Source: an uncultured Chloroflexia bacterium (GTDB lineage Bacteria > Chloroflexota > Anaerolineae > JAAYZQ01). From it: a stretch of 64,000 nt of DNA. The stretch covers positions 96,001-160,000 of the forward strand of contig CAVOXA010000009.1 in NCBI GenBank assembly GCA_963700285.1, in the 5' to 3' direction. How positions within the stretch are numbered: position 1 is the first letter of the stretch; every line of letters begins with the position of its first letter. The position numbers and the translations under genes were made by a program. Positions 54,301-62,524 of the stretch are shown here, piece by piece. A model generated the notes under the pieces. The model made no database searches. It was not told the DNA's origin and saw only the letters and a program-made list of their open reading frames with translations.

Positions 54301-57300
54301 GCAGGGCAACAACGAAGCGGCGGCGAACTGGTACCGGCAAGCCAATGACCTGCGCCCAGGTGAGCGGGCGGCTTATCTGAACCTGATAGATCTATTGCTC
54401 AGCCAGGGCGAAAACCTGGAAGCTCTGAGAATAGCCCAGAAAGCTATCGGAAACCGGCCTGGGGACAGCGAGCTGCTTCTTCGCCAGGGCCGCATCCAGC
54501 GGATCCTGGGAAGGTATGCCGACGCCGAGCCGGCGCTGCTGCAGGCTGCCCATCTAGATCCCTTTAACGACAGCATTCCAGCCGAATTGGCGGCCGTCTA
54601 CGAGGCGCAGGGCAAGTTGGAAAAAGCCATTGTTGCCTACGATGATGCGGTTTCACTCAATCCTGAACAAGGAGCTTATTACGTGGCCCTGGGCCGGCTT
54701 TGGTCCGCACGAGGGCGACCGGAGCACGCGCTCTCTCTGCTTGAGAGCGCTCTGCTCCAGGTGTCCCGCCCGACGCCCCTGTATGTTGCCATGTCTGACC
54801 TCTATCTGCGTCGTGGTGAGCCCAGGCTGGCCCGGGAGATCCTCGAAGAAGGCATCGAAGCGTTGGGCGAGGACGCCCTGCTCCGGCAAGCCCTGGGCGC
54901 CTACTACCGGTCCCAGGCCGAGTTCGATCGAGCCGAAGAGACCTATCGTGACGCGGTGATCCAGCAGCCTGATGAGTATGCAGCAGATGCAAGCCAGGGG
55001 CATCTGGCCCTGGGGGGGTTTTACCTGAGCCGCGGACGTGTCGAAGAGGCGCTGACTGAGTATGAACAGGCCGCGGCTTCCGGCGCCGTGGCCGCTGCCG
55101 GTGGCGAGGCGCGCGCACTCCTGGCCCTGGGCAATGCCTACCGGGCCATGGGACGAACGGAGCAGAGCATTGATGCCTATTCCCGGGCGACTGAATTGGC
55201 TCCCAGGTCGGAAGACGCCTACAGTGGTTTGGCATCTGTGTATCGCAGCCAGGCTCGATGGCAGGACGCCCGAAGGACGCTGCAGAGTGGGCTGGCGGTT
55301 GTACCTACTTCGGGCCGGCTATTGATGGATCTCAGTGACCTGCTCCTGCAGCGGGGGGAGGTGGATGGAGCCCTTGATCTCTTGGATCAAGCGGTTCAGC
55401 TCTCGGCCAGCGCCAGGACTTATGTGGCCAGGGCCGCTCTGTACCGCGTGCTGGGACGGCCCGATGACGCGGTGCGCGACTTGGAGATGGCGCGCCAGAT
55501 CGAGCCTGGCTCTGTCGAAGCACTGGTTGCCCTGGGCAGTTTGTACCGGTCGCTGGGTGATGTCGCAGGGGCAAAAGAGGCATACAGGCTGGTTCTTTCG
55601 CTGGTACCTGGCACGGCGGCGTCTCACCTGGGCCTCGCAGAACTGGCCCTCGACCAGGGCCAACTACATGAAGCTTGGTGGCAGTTTGATGCTGCCCAGA
55701 AGGTCGAACCGGCTTCATCCGCCCCATTGTTGGGCCTGGCCGCGGCGCGTTCCAGGCAGAATAACTGGGATGAGGCCGAAGCGGCCTACCGTCAAGCGGC
55801 GGAGTTGGCTCCTGGAGCGACTGCGCCTTATATTGGTCTGGCCGACCTTGCCCAACGCCGTACGGGCAGCACGGCGGATGCCTTGGCCGTGCTCGAGCAG
55901 ATTGATGGCCCAGGACCGAGTCGTGGTACTGTCCAGCGTGCGATGGCCGGGATCTGCCGTAGCTCTTCAGCTTCTGCCAAGTGCCAGCCAGACCTCGTGG
56001 CTGAAGCCCTGCTCGAGGCGGCTCGATTGGAACCGGACAGGCCGGAAGCATATCTTTCCCTGGCGGATCTCTATCTGGCCGAGGGGCGCCCCCTCGAAGC
56101 CGGGCCCAATGTCTCCCTGGCTGAGGAGATCGCCCCGTGCGATCCTGCTGTCCATGTTGCTCAAGGCAACGTCCATCATGCGCTTGGCGATCCAGCGGCG
56201 GCTGAAAGTAGCTACCGGGAAGCCATCAGACTGGATGCCACGCGAATGGATGGACACGTGGCCCTGGCGCGATTCTATGTGGTAGAAGAAAACTATGCCG
56301 AGGCTGTAGCCGCATACCAGGAGGGCATTCGGCGGTTTCCCCTGGAGTGGTCGCTCTGGCTTTCGCTGGGCAATGTGTATCTAGCCATGGAATCGTATGC
56401 CGATGCCCTTTCTGCGTTCCAGCAGGCAGCCAAGATGAATCCTAATGCTCCCGAGCCGTGGCTGGGCCAGGGCGACGCGCAGATGGCCAGGGAAAAGTGG
56501 GAGGCAGCCCAGGAGGCCTACGAGCAGGCGCAGCGCTTGGACCTACAGCAGGCTGAAGCCTTGCTGCGCCTGGCCAGTCTCGCAGAGGAGCAAAAGAAGG
56601 CAGACAAGGCCATCCAGTATGCACGCCAGGCTGTGAAAGTCGATCCCACTCTGGCCGCTGGCTATGTAGCCCTGGGTCGCTTGCTGCAGGAGAAGGAACA
56701 GATCGGTGAAGCGGCAGATGCCTTTCTGTCGGCCATCCAACTCGATCCCCGCCGGCATGCAGCCTACAACCGTTGGATGTGGTGCTATATGGACATAAAG
56801 CGCGTGCCCTACAGTGTGGACAGGAGCCGCCTGGAGGCCGAGTTGGCCAAGATAGCCAATGGAGATCAATTGGAGACCGTATGGGCCCAGACACTCTTGG
56901 GGTTGGGCTACCTGACCCTGGAGGAGGACATCGAGCGGGCCATACAGCATCTGGAGAAGGCAGCCGAGATGGATCCCACCTATGCTGAGCTGTACCAGGA
57001 TCTGGCTCTGGCTAACGAGGAGGGCCGAGATGGCCCGCGCGCGCTGGAATGGTGGCAGAGATATCTGTATGCAGCACGCCCGAGTACGGACACCAGCGAG
57101 GCACAGAAGCACATCGACAATCTGAAACTGGTTTCTATCGAGCAGCCAGCGACTGGCGATCGGGTATCTGGAAAGGTGAAAATAGTCGGTACAGCCAAGG
57201 GTAGGATGGTCCAGTCCTACAAGTTAGTATTCCGGGCCGTGGGTTCGGAAGAGTGGTCATCAATTGGTACCGGGGCTGAACGGATCGAGAGTGGACTGTT

Positions 57301-57424
57301 GGCTACGTGGGATACCATTGGACTCTCACCAGGTGAATATCAGCTCCGGCTCGACGTGGTCAGGTCGGATGAAGATGTCAGGCCCTATGATGAGATCACG
57401 GTCATAGTCCAGCCATCGAACTGA
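48314..57424 (+). CDS. Giant 3036-aa protein: GT-C-like polytopic membrane domain, very long TPR array, C-terminal Ig-like domain
   Basis: Uninterrupted 9.1 kb ORF; many TM helices to ~50170; YDVRYVVV extracytoplasmic domain; repeated A...LG..Y...G...A...Y..A...P from ~50640 to ~57110; beta-sandwich 57125-57424. Confidence 0.8.
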   Translation: MANVERRAMGLAMDVQPGTVVPGWGASLAGLFIVLSLIAAFLAVGLGLPAHLPLQAASWLTFLAVVIAPGYILGEIVTWRLDLDLLERLAMAMPLGVVVMVAPGLVAMLGHLVIEDLAVGWTLTVGCLIALWFIHRLLLRNDSRRSISPPWRWSDVAMLLLLAAAFVYVFPTLSLYKMDGDAYGVATFTADALTGRPLNATEPILGTGRSMGTIRMGMNQLLPVFHLWAYFSRADHIELLGTASRSMLALWAILASYMLGKAAGRGSRRVGFLTASIQMLVYLAAPFVRVDHVSIFFFERTNADKFTVTVTMLPVVAALAIRYVGTGRRDTWIARATWLAAALAAFAVSSIHALIAAMLALALSAFGGLHLLVNLRRREAWIRVGGLALLTVIVMIMPLIQLFEARSGEAMAPTYPSSFQGWSIEERLMPILPSALSSRFHSIIPSYQIPGLDVYGPLPDLAYLDAEQVNTSTNPFLIWRFAVNMRRQRIIVFDLERYISDPTLILEPPYLLALLLLPFLLWRLRSDPGVQFCLSTSLAVLFVLFNPILTPILGSLVMPWILWRFVWLLPYALIIALVFDRLLAAFVWPLTRWPRLKPVRAALVAIGSLGFVVLAALFLRQNVATNIEEIQARGAAPLVYATPDKILARLRRETARDGPVMVLADSNLSVTIPAFAGNADVVAHRILGTAEMFPADQQDLALQRHIDQYEFLNTALLTPLHIEILERYDVRYVVVPVGTSLETQLRLSPQWFEWLVADEGYSLYAVHQRPSVTESVLGNAAFLERRWEAASTHYQNALDQDVSPGAASTAGDSGSGMLALLGQADIYRVNGQFDRALLTLRQALAQAETGSTADGREAPALHYRMGQVYADMGQLEGSIEEFDLAQRGDPSSFAYHMALGDACLSARQSECAQEQFRAAVEPLGLADEAQRLMLLGSIWQQRADDGLALALYEQAAVERPGEQTQLALADMHRNAAQFDRAEALLLALRQRYPLWVKPDAHLRILSALARLRADEGRVDEAVALFQSIIGLQEQLAQDTRSTRLVLAQTLLDASVDAPDSDAYRFDRVREEIERVLSLQPHSAAAYILLGNLYRAQYEPRLAMEAYRYALRLDPTEAAAYTSLSDQHRQQATPPDETLALMQSAVAFNPEQAILAISLADQFRRMGDVDMAITTYQRALGWFDLGSAAVAPGSSSGPQPTGRIRSLSYSRLAALYEDLGQVDTAMNYYRAAVTAAPEQAWSWVTLGDALRRRNRASAAEEAYRTAIQEDPAQVDAYLHLASLTSDRGDSSGASELSEQALQIALDGSNLAQTSRAWLALGSYYSQSPQEQIEFGSDGDFFTGDDSTSPVTARAMVAYHQALEAEESVAGVRALASLYQDSGQTEEAISLYKQRIQAGERDRWVPSLLAQYYVGLGDAYLDGRQLEKAMAAFAQAVDLDGWWSGARLALARGYSEQGDQRRALAEILRATEISPGAAEAQLSLAGALDEQEDSEQALAIYQATAQAHPGSSPANLALARAWLDRYHWDMAEQSYRQAMAMVPGDTEAYLGLASLYILRARADEAEVLLNKAMEIDRSNPETYLRLGALLARRARHAEALDAYRQAVQMSGPWQEPRGADLAQTAIYAGLAGVQRALGEFGQAEESLKRAVEVNKASTASGTVAAPLLQLAGLYREQNQPDKVEQTLLLALDMLLDDAASDSRGSPSGASQSMLRVRLALAEFYQSMAQSDKALETLHLAVEENPDSMAALTGYASQLRLMGRVEEADLLYLQAQDAAEPTGAGYQALAAAYQAQGQESVAMALLNEATIRDPRDVGAWIQKGRLQMQLDQQSGELEIENPSSAWVAALEQATELEPAQGRTWNALGNTLLAAVNDGGDEGAGTGYSAGWDRGTAALKQAIAVEPMYLPAYGALLEAYREPSPSSSSPSMPWRSEQALEIVEMVRLTAPGSHLGHLYEARVQEDLQRWAQAREALKLAMIQAPGLPEAYVAMGQLEQLQGNNEAAANWYRQANDLRPGERAAYLNLIDLLLSQGENLEALRIAQKAIGNRPGDSELLLRQGRIQRILGRYADAEPALLQAAHLDPFNDSIPAELAAVYEAQGKLEKAIVAYDDAVSLNPEQGAYYVALGRLWSARGRPEHALSLLESALLQVSRPTPLYVAMSDLYLRRGEPRLAREILEEGIEALGEDALLRQALGAYYRSQAEFDRAEETYRDAVIQQPDEYAADASQGHLALGGFYLSRGRVEEALTEYEQAAASGAVAAAGGEARALLALGNAYRAMGRTEQSIDAYSRATELAPRSEDAYSGLASVYRSQARWQDARRTLQSGLAVVPTSGRLLMDLSDLLLQRGEVDGALDLLDQAVQLSASARTYVARAALYRVLGRPDDAVRDLEMARQIEPGSVEALVALGSLYRSLGDVAGAKEAYRLVLSLVPGTAASHLGLAELALDQGQLHEAWWQFDAAQKVEPASSAPLLGLAAARSRQNNWDEAEAAYRQAAELAPGATAPYIGLADLAQRRTGSTADALAVLEQIDGPGPSRGTVQRAMAGICRSSSASAKCQPDLVAEALLEAARLEPDRPEAYLSLADLYLAEGRPLEAGPNVSLAEEIAPCDPAVHVAQGNVHHALGDPAAAESSYREAIRLDATRMDGHVALARFYVVEENYAEAVAAYQEGIRRFPLEWSLWLSLGNVYLAMESYADALSAFQQAAKMNPNAPEPWLGQGDAQMAREKWEAAQEAYEQAQRLDLQQAEALLRLASLAEEQKKADKAIQYARQAVKVDPTLAAGYVALGRLLQEKEQIGEAADAFLSAIQLDPRRHAAYNRWMWCYMDIKRVPYSVDRSRLEAELAKIANGDQLETVWAQTLLGLGYLTLEEDIERAIQHLEKAAEMDPTYAELYQDLALANEEGRDGPRALEWWQRYLYAARPSTDTSEAQKHIDNLKLVSIEQPATGDRVSGKVKIVGTAKGRMVQSYKLVFRAVGSEEWSSIGTGAERIESGLLATWDTIGLSPGEYQLRLDVVRSDEDVRPYDEITVIVQPSN

Positions 57425-57449
57425 ATCCGCAGCTCGCAGAGGAGATCGC

Positions 57450-58598
57450 ATGACAGAACAATCCAGCCCTGACCTTGTTGACCAGGTCAGCCCTGAGTAC
57501 GCCGAACGGGCTTGGGAGATCGGTACATATCAGGAGGACGACAAGGTCGGAGTCCTGGATCTTGTCCGGGACGAGTACGGTGAAACCGATCTTGCGGATG
57601 GAGATTACTTTGACTGGCTGAGACTGGCCTGTCCTCCAGACGTCGGCCAATGGGTCGTCAGAGAAAAGGGGACCGGCCGGGTAGTCAGCGCCGCTACAAT
57701 GGTTGGCGTTCAGGCCATTTGGAAGGGAAATGAGATCAAGGCTCTCCTGGGCTTTAACTTTCTTGTTGCCCCCGAGTACCAGCGCCAGGGGATCCACACC
57801 GCGTTCACCAGGCAGACAAGAGAGGACATACGACGGGCTGGCTACTGCTTCACCACCCTATTTCCGAATCCCAAATCCATGCCGCAACTGGTCCGTTCAG
57901 AGAACTATCACCATGTTTCCCAGGTGCCGCTGCTTGTGCGTCCTCTGAACATGCGCGCGCTGGCCGAGGCGAGGGTCAAGAACCAGCTTCTCGTTTGGGC
58001 AAGCTCCCTGGGTTGGGGCTTCGCAGGTCGCGTCATCTGGCGTGAGCCAGGCCCCCCTCATGTCGACCCACCTCTGCATATTTCGGAAGACCTCGTACTT
58101 GACGAAGGCTACGACCGCTTTTGGCGTCAGGTGCAGACCAAGTACGATCTCATGCTGGTTCGTGACCGGGCATTCCTGACGTGGCGCTTTCTCGATATCC
58201 CAACGCGAGAGTACCAGATCCTATCGGCGCGGCAGGGTGATGGGGTTCTGGGTTACATCGTGCTGCGCCAGGCAGATGCCCGGGGGACCATGTCTGGGAT
58301 CATTGCTGATTTCCTGGTCCTGCCCGGGGAGCAAGGAACCTGGGCAGGACGGCATTTGCTACACGAGGCTCTGCGGCAGTTTAGGGAAGCACAGATGCCC
58401 TTAGCCGGGGGGCTGGTACTGCCGCATACGCACGAGTATACACTCATGCGCGACGCGGGGTTCCTGAGCGTTCCGGAACCTGTTGCACCCCAGCCTTTCA
58501 ATCTGTTTGTCCGGAGTCACAGTGATGACCCTCCGCTGGAGGCGCTCACCTGCCCTGAAACCTGGTACGTTTCCATCGCCGATCATGACGCCGTCTAG
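57450..58598 (+). CDS. Tandem GNAT-fold acyltransferase
   Basis: V.PEYQRQGI motif A, FPNP.S, RDRAFL.WRF. Confidence 0.8.
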   Translation: MTEQSSPDLVDQVSPEYAERAWEIGTYQEDDKVGVLDLVRDEYGETDLADGDYFDWLRLACPPDVGQWVVREKGTGRVVSAATMVGVQAIWKGNEIKALLGFNFLVAPEYQRQGIHTAFTRQTREDIRRAGYCFTTLFPNPKSMPQLVRSENYHHVSQVPLLVRPLNMRALAEARVKNQLLVWASSLGWGFAGRVIWREPGPPHVDPPLHISEDLVLDEGYDRFWRQVQTKYDLMLVRDRAFLTWRFLDIPTREYQILSARQGDGVLGYIVLRQADARGTMSGIIADFLVLPGEQGTWAGRHLLHEALRQFREAQMPLAGGLVLPHTHEYTLMRDAGFLSVPEPVAPQPFNLFVRSHSDDPPLEALTCPETWYVSIADHDAV

Positions 58599-58661
58599 AC
58601 TCCGAAGAGGCTCAATCCTGAGCGGATCCGTGGCCTGGCTTCCTCTGGGGGACGTGATTAG

Positions 58662-59846
58662 ATGAGCTTGTCATTCGGCCGCGCTGTGTTGTTCTTGGTG
58701 GCTACCTGCCTTCTTGGTCAGGCCGTGACCGGCTTTTCCTGCGCTGAGGCGCCAGGTGCCCAGTCCGGCCAAGGCAAGGCGACTACGCCCCCGCGAAAAA
58801 ACGGTGAGGCCATCTACCGGATTGCGGCAGCCTATCCTTTCTGGCGAGCAGCCTCCTTGCCGGTGGACGAGATCCCATTCAAGTATTTGGACCAAATCGA
58901 CCACTTCTCTGTCCATCCAGGTACCCACGGCATGTTGGATGTCCCGAATGGCTTTATGATGCCTACGTTGGTCAAGCAGGCCCACCTCGCAGAGAAACGC
59001 ATTATTCTGGTTGTTGGCGGCGCGAAGGACTATGGCGCCTTCGCTGCCATGGTCGCGGAGCCGAGTGATAGGACATCCTTTGTCCGGAACCTGGTTGCCT
59101 TCGTGATGGAGCACGGCTATGATGGTGTAAACATCGACTGGGAATTCCCGCAGACGTCTGCTGACCGGCAGAACCTGAGCGTCCTGATGGCCGAGTTGAG
59201 AGCCGGCCTTGATGCCACAGGCCGGGATCTTGAACTGAGCATTGCAGTGACTTCCAACGAAAAGCGAGGTGAGTGGGTCGATGCTGAGGCCATTGCCCCC
59301 CTGGTGAGCCATTTTGTGGTGATGACCTTTGGCTACTATGGCGCTTGGGGATCCGAGTCTGGGCACAATGCCCCGCTGTATCCAGTGCCGGTTGCCAGTG
59401 ATTCTCGCTGTGTGGACCAGAGTCTGAGCTACTGGGCGGAGGCCCGAGGCGTGCCCTGGTCCAAGCTCTACATGGGTATCGCGTCCTTTGGGCTTGAGTT
59501 CGACAGCGAGGGCCTCTACCAACCCCTTCCCGATAACCCAGTGGTGTCCAAGGCGAACTACCAAGACATCAAGCCACTGATCGGTGCTGGATATACCCGC
59601 CACTGGGACAGCGCGGCCCAGGTGCCCTATCTCACCCTGGACGACGGCCCAGGAGTGTGGAGCTATGATGATCCTCAGTCCATTGGTCTCAAACGCGAGT
59701 ATGCTCTGGCCAAAGGTATGGGGGGCGTTGCCGTCTGGGATGTAACCATGGATCGCGTTGATGGCGAGCACGAGTTGCTGCAAGTGCTGGCCCACACACC
59801 GGCTCCGCACAGGGCTTTTGTCCCCCTGGTACTGAGAGGCAAGTAA
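58662..59846 (+). CDS. Secreted GH18 glycoside hydrolase
   Basis: Signal peptide; VGG, YDGVNIDWEFP, M..GY.G.W...GH.APLY, SYDD..S...K..Y.....GG...W. Confidence 0.9.
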   Translation: MSLSFGRAVLFLVATCLLGQAVTGFSCAEAPGAQSGQGKATTPPRKNGEAIYRIAAAYPFWRAASLPVDEIPFKYLDQIDHFSVHPGTHGMLDVPNGFMMPTLVKQAHLAEKRIILVVGGAKDYGAFAAMVAEPSDRTSFVRNLVAFVMEHGYDGVNIDWEFPQTSADRQNLSVLMAELRAGLDATGRDLELSIAVTSNEKRGEWVDAEAIAPLVSHFVVMTFGYYGAWGSESGHNAPLYPVPVASDSRCVDQSLSYWAEARGVPWSKLYMGIASFGLEFDSEGLYQPLPDNPVVSKANYQDIKPLIGAGYTRHWDSAAQVPYLTLDDGPGVWSYDDPQSIGLKREYALAKGMGGVAVWDVTMDRVDGEHELLQVLAHTPAPHRAFVPLVLRGK

Positions 59847-59910
59847 ATGGAAATCGCTGTGTCAATGACAAGACTGGGACCGAGCTTCTAACCGCTGCCC
59901 TTACAAAGGA

Positions 59911-61059
59911 GTGAAGATGAACCTACGAATCAACCAAAGACAAACTCGGCGCCCTCGTGCCAGCAGCACTGTGCGGTGTATGGCCCGGAAGGCTATTCTG
60001 GTCGTGGCGTTGCTTGTTGTCTCATTGCCTGCCGCTTTGTCGCCTGGTGGCGTGGCGGCGCAGCAGCCAGACTTGTCTCAACTGCCCATCAGTTTCCCGG
60101 TGCACGCACCAGAGGTCGCAGCCTACTTTAACGAGATGGCCCGTCCTGGCGATTCCGCATCCGTTCTGCCGGATCGCCACTTTCTGCTTTCCCAAACCGA
60201 GGTAGGAGAAAAGATGTTGGCCTTTCGCTCGTGGAGTGAAGCGGAATTGCAGCTCGAGAGCTTGGCCGAGCCGGTGGAGTGGATCATGTACAATCCCGAG
60301 CACTGGGAGTTCACGCCGGAGGATGAGCAGCAGGACCTGGCGACCATCGTCCAAGAGTTTGCTGAGGCGGTCCATGCCCGCGATATGAAGTTCATGTTCA
60401 CGCCGGACCGCCAATACGCGGAACTCTATCTCGGCCAGGTGGCGCCTCACGTGGATGCCGTGATGCTCCAAGGCCAGCGCCTGCAGCACGATCCGCAGAC
60501 CTTTGCCGCTTGGGTGCTGGGCATGGCTGACGTGGCGCACAAAGCCAATGAGGATATCCAGGTCTACGTTCAGGTGGGAGCGACGCGAGGCACCGCGGAG
60601 GAGATGTACGCTGCAATCGAGACGGTGGCCGGCGATATCGATGGGATCGCCGTCTGGTCCATGCCCCGGACGCTGGAAATCTTGCAGGAGTTTGTGACTT
60701 TGGTTCGCGGGGATCTGCCGGAAGTTCCTGCTACGGCGCAAGCTACCGCTGTACCATCTGCGGTTCCCACTGTTACGCCAACTGTGGCTGTCCCGACGGA
60801 AACCGCAACGACGCTGCCCCCGTCGCCTACGCCGGCAGTTACCCCGACCATGGAGCCCTCACCAACCAGCCAGGCTGAGGTGCACCCAGCCGAAATCGCA
60901 GCATCTCCAGCCATGCCAGCCGAGGCGCCGGCAAGCCAGGCGGGAGGCACGGAACCGCTAGGGGGTTGGGTGACGAGCCTCTTGCTGTTCGTCGGTGGCA
61001 TGGGAGTCGGCCTCGTGTTGGGCTTTGTGCTGGGCTGGAGCCTGAGGCGTGGTGCGTAG
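59911..61059 (+). CDS. Exported protein with a putative TIM-barrel glycanase-like domain, P/T linker and C-terminal TM anchor
   Basis: Signal peptide, YNPEHWEFTPEDEQ motif with alternating alpha/beta pattern, PT-rich stalk, TM plus RR tail; start could be 59917 or 59980. Confidence 0.6.
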   Translation: MKMNLRINQRQTRRPRASSTVRCMARKAILVVALLVVSLPAALSPGGVAAQQPDLSQLPISFPVHAPEVAAYFNEMARPGDSASVLPDRHFLLSQTEVGEKMLAFRSWSEAELQLESLAEPVEWIMYNPEHWEFTPEDEQQDLATIVQEFAEAVHARDMKFMFTPDRQYAELYLGQVAPHVDAVMLQGQRLQHDPQTFAAWVLGMADVAHKANEDIQVYVQVGATRGTAEEMYAAIETVAGDIDGIAVWSMPRTLEILQEFVTLVRGDLPEVPATAQATAVPSAVPTVTPTVAVPTETATTLPPSPTPAVTPTMEPSPTSQAEVHPAEIAASPAMPAEAPASQAGGTEPLGGWVTSLLLFVGGMGVGLVLGFVLGWSLRRGA

Positions 61060-62305
61060 GATCGAAACCCCACCCCCGGCAGATCCGGCTTCCCGAAACT
61101 GGGTGCCGATGGCACCGGCGCTCCGCTCACGCAACTTTCGTCTCTTCTGGATCGGGCAGAGCGTGTCGACTATGGGCACCTTTCTGCAGGTGGTCGCCGA
61201 AAGCTGGCTCATCTACCAACTCACCGGCTCAACACTTTGGCTCGGTGTGTTAGGCGTGGTTGGCCTGCTGCCCGTGGTACCCATTGCGTTCCTGGGCGGC
61301 GCGCTGGCCGACCGCGTCCCCCGACGGAAGCTGATCATGGTTACCCAGATCGGTCTCTTGGCCCAGGCCGCGGTCTTTGGTTTGTTGGTTGCCACGGACA
61401 ATATCAGCGTCTGGAGCATCATCATCCTGGACTTTGTGATGGGCGCCTTCTATGCCATTGACCAGCCCGCCCGCCAGGCATTTCTGCCAGAGCTTGTCGC
61501 CGAGGCTGATCTGCCCAATGCAGTGGCTCTCAACTCGGCTGTTTTTCAGCTCTCACGTGTGCTTGGCCAGGCCGCCGCGGGTGTACTCATCACGACGATC
61601 GGGGCAGGGGGTACCATGCTCCTCAACGCGGCCACGTTTCTGGCGCCCGTTGTCGCCCTGGCCATGATTCGGGTCAAGGACGTGCGGGCTGATGCTGTGC
61701 CTGCCTCACTCGGATCGGCGCTCTCTGAAGGCGTCATCAGCCTGTACCGGCAACCGACTCTTGTGGGTACCATCAGCTTGATGGTCACTGTTGGGGGGCT
61801 GCCGCTGGCAATCTCCTTGATGATGCCGGCCTTTGCAACGGAGGTTACCCAGACCGACGCTATGGGCCTGGGCTTGCTCCTGGCTGCGGGGGCTGTGGGC
61901 GCGGTGCTCAGTACCTTCGTGGTGACCAAGATCCACCAAGGACAGCGGGGCCATGCGGTGCTCGTGTCCAGCCTTCTTTTGCCTCTCTCTATGATAGCAT
62001 TCTCAGCCTCTCGCAGCATGCCCGTAGCGTGCCTCATTCTGCTGTGTGTGGGCTTGATCCAGTCCGTACTATATGCCGAATCAACTACACTGGTACAGAT
62101 GGGTGTCCCAGACAGGGTGAGAGGGCGCGTGATGAGTCTGTATGGCATGCTGATCATCGGCGTACCCAAGCTGACGGGCATGCTGATCGGTGGGCTGGCC
62201 GAACGTACCGGCCTGCCACTGATCATCGCTCTCTCCAGCGCCCTTGGCCTGCTGTATGTGCTGGGTCTGCACCTACTGATGCCCTCCGTCCGCAAACAGG
62301 CTTGA
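61049..62305 (+). CDS. MFS transporter (EntS/DUF894-like)
   Basis: RNFRLFW.GQ..S..G, GALADR..RRK, D.PARQA, VPD..RGRVMS; ~12 TM segments. Confidence 0.9.
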   Translation: MVRRIETPPPADPASRNWVPMAPALRSRNFRLFWIGQSVSTMGTFLQVVAESWLIYQLTGSTLWLGVLGVVGLLPVVPIAFLGGALADRVPRRKLIMVTQIGLLAQAAVFGLLVATDNISVWSIIILDFVMGAFYAIDQPARQAFLPELVAEADLPNAVALNSAVFQLSRVLGQAAAGVLITTIGAGGTMLLNAATFLAPVVALAMIRVKDVRADAVPASLGSALSEGVISLYRQPTLVGTISLMVTVGGLPLAISLMMPAFATEVTQTDAMGLGLLLAAGAVGAVLSTFVVTKIHQGQRGHAVLVSSLLLPLSMIAFSASRSMPVACLILLCVGLIQSVLYAESTTLVQMGVPDRVRGRVMSLYGMLIIGVPKLTGMLIGGLAERTGLPLIIALSSALGLLYVLGLHLLMPSVRKQA

Positions 62306-62524
62306 GAGAACGAGGGGCGAGGGTACTTGTAGGCCTTTGCCTGCACAGCGACTGTCCAGATCGATGCCTGCCAGCCGGAATTGGCCAAAATCGTTGTCCT
62401 GAGGTAGAATTCAGGAGAGGCGACGCGCCTGCTGCCCAGTAGTTGCATGCGGGTCACGGATGCCCCAATCGGCAGTGGGTAGGCTGCCTCCGAATGATCG
62501 CGAGAATACCAATGGAGTGAGTCG

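Noticed and set aside
58671-59810. Long antisense ORFs, here and at e.g. 1625-2848, 16128-17039, 47246-48175 and 61546-62457
   Set aside because: Shadow frames of well-supported genes in GC-rich DNA
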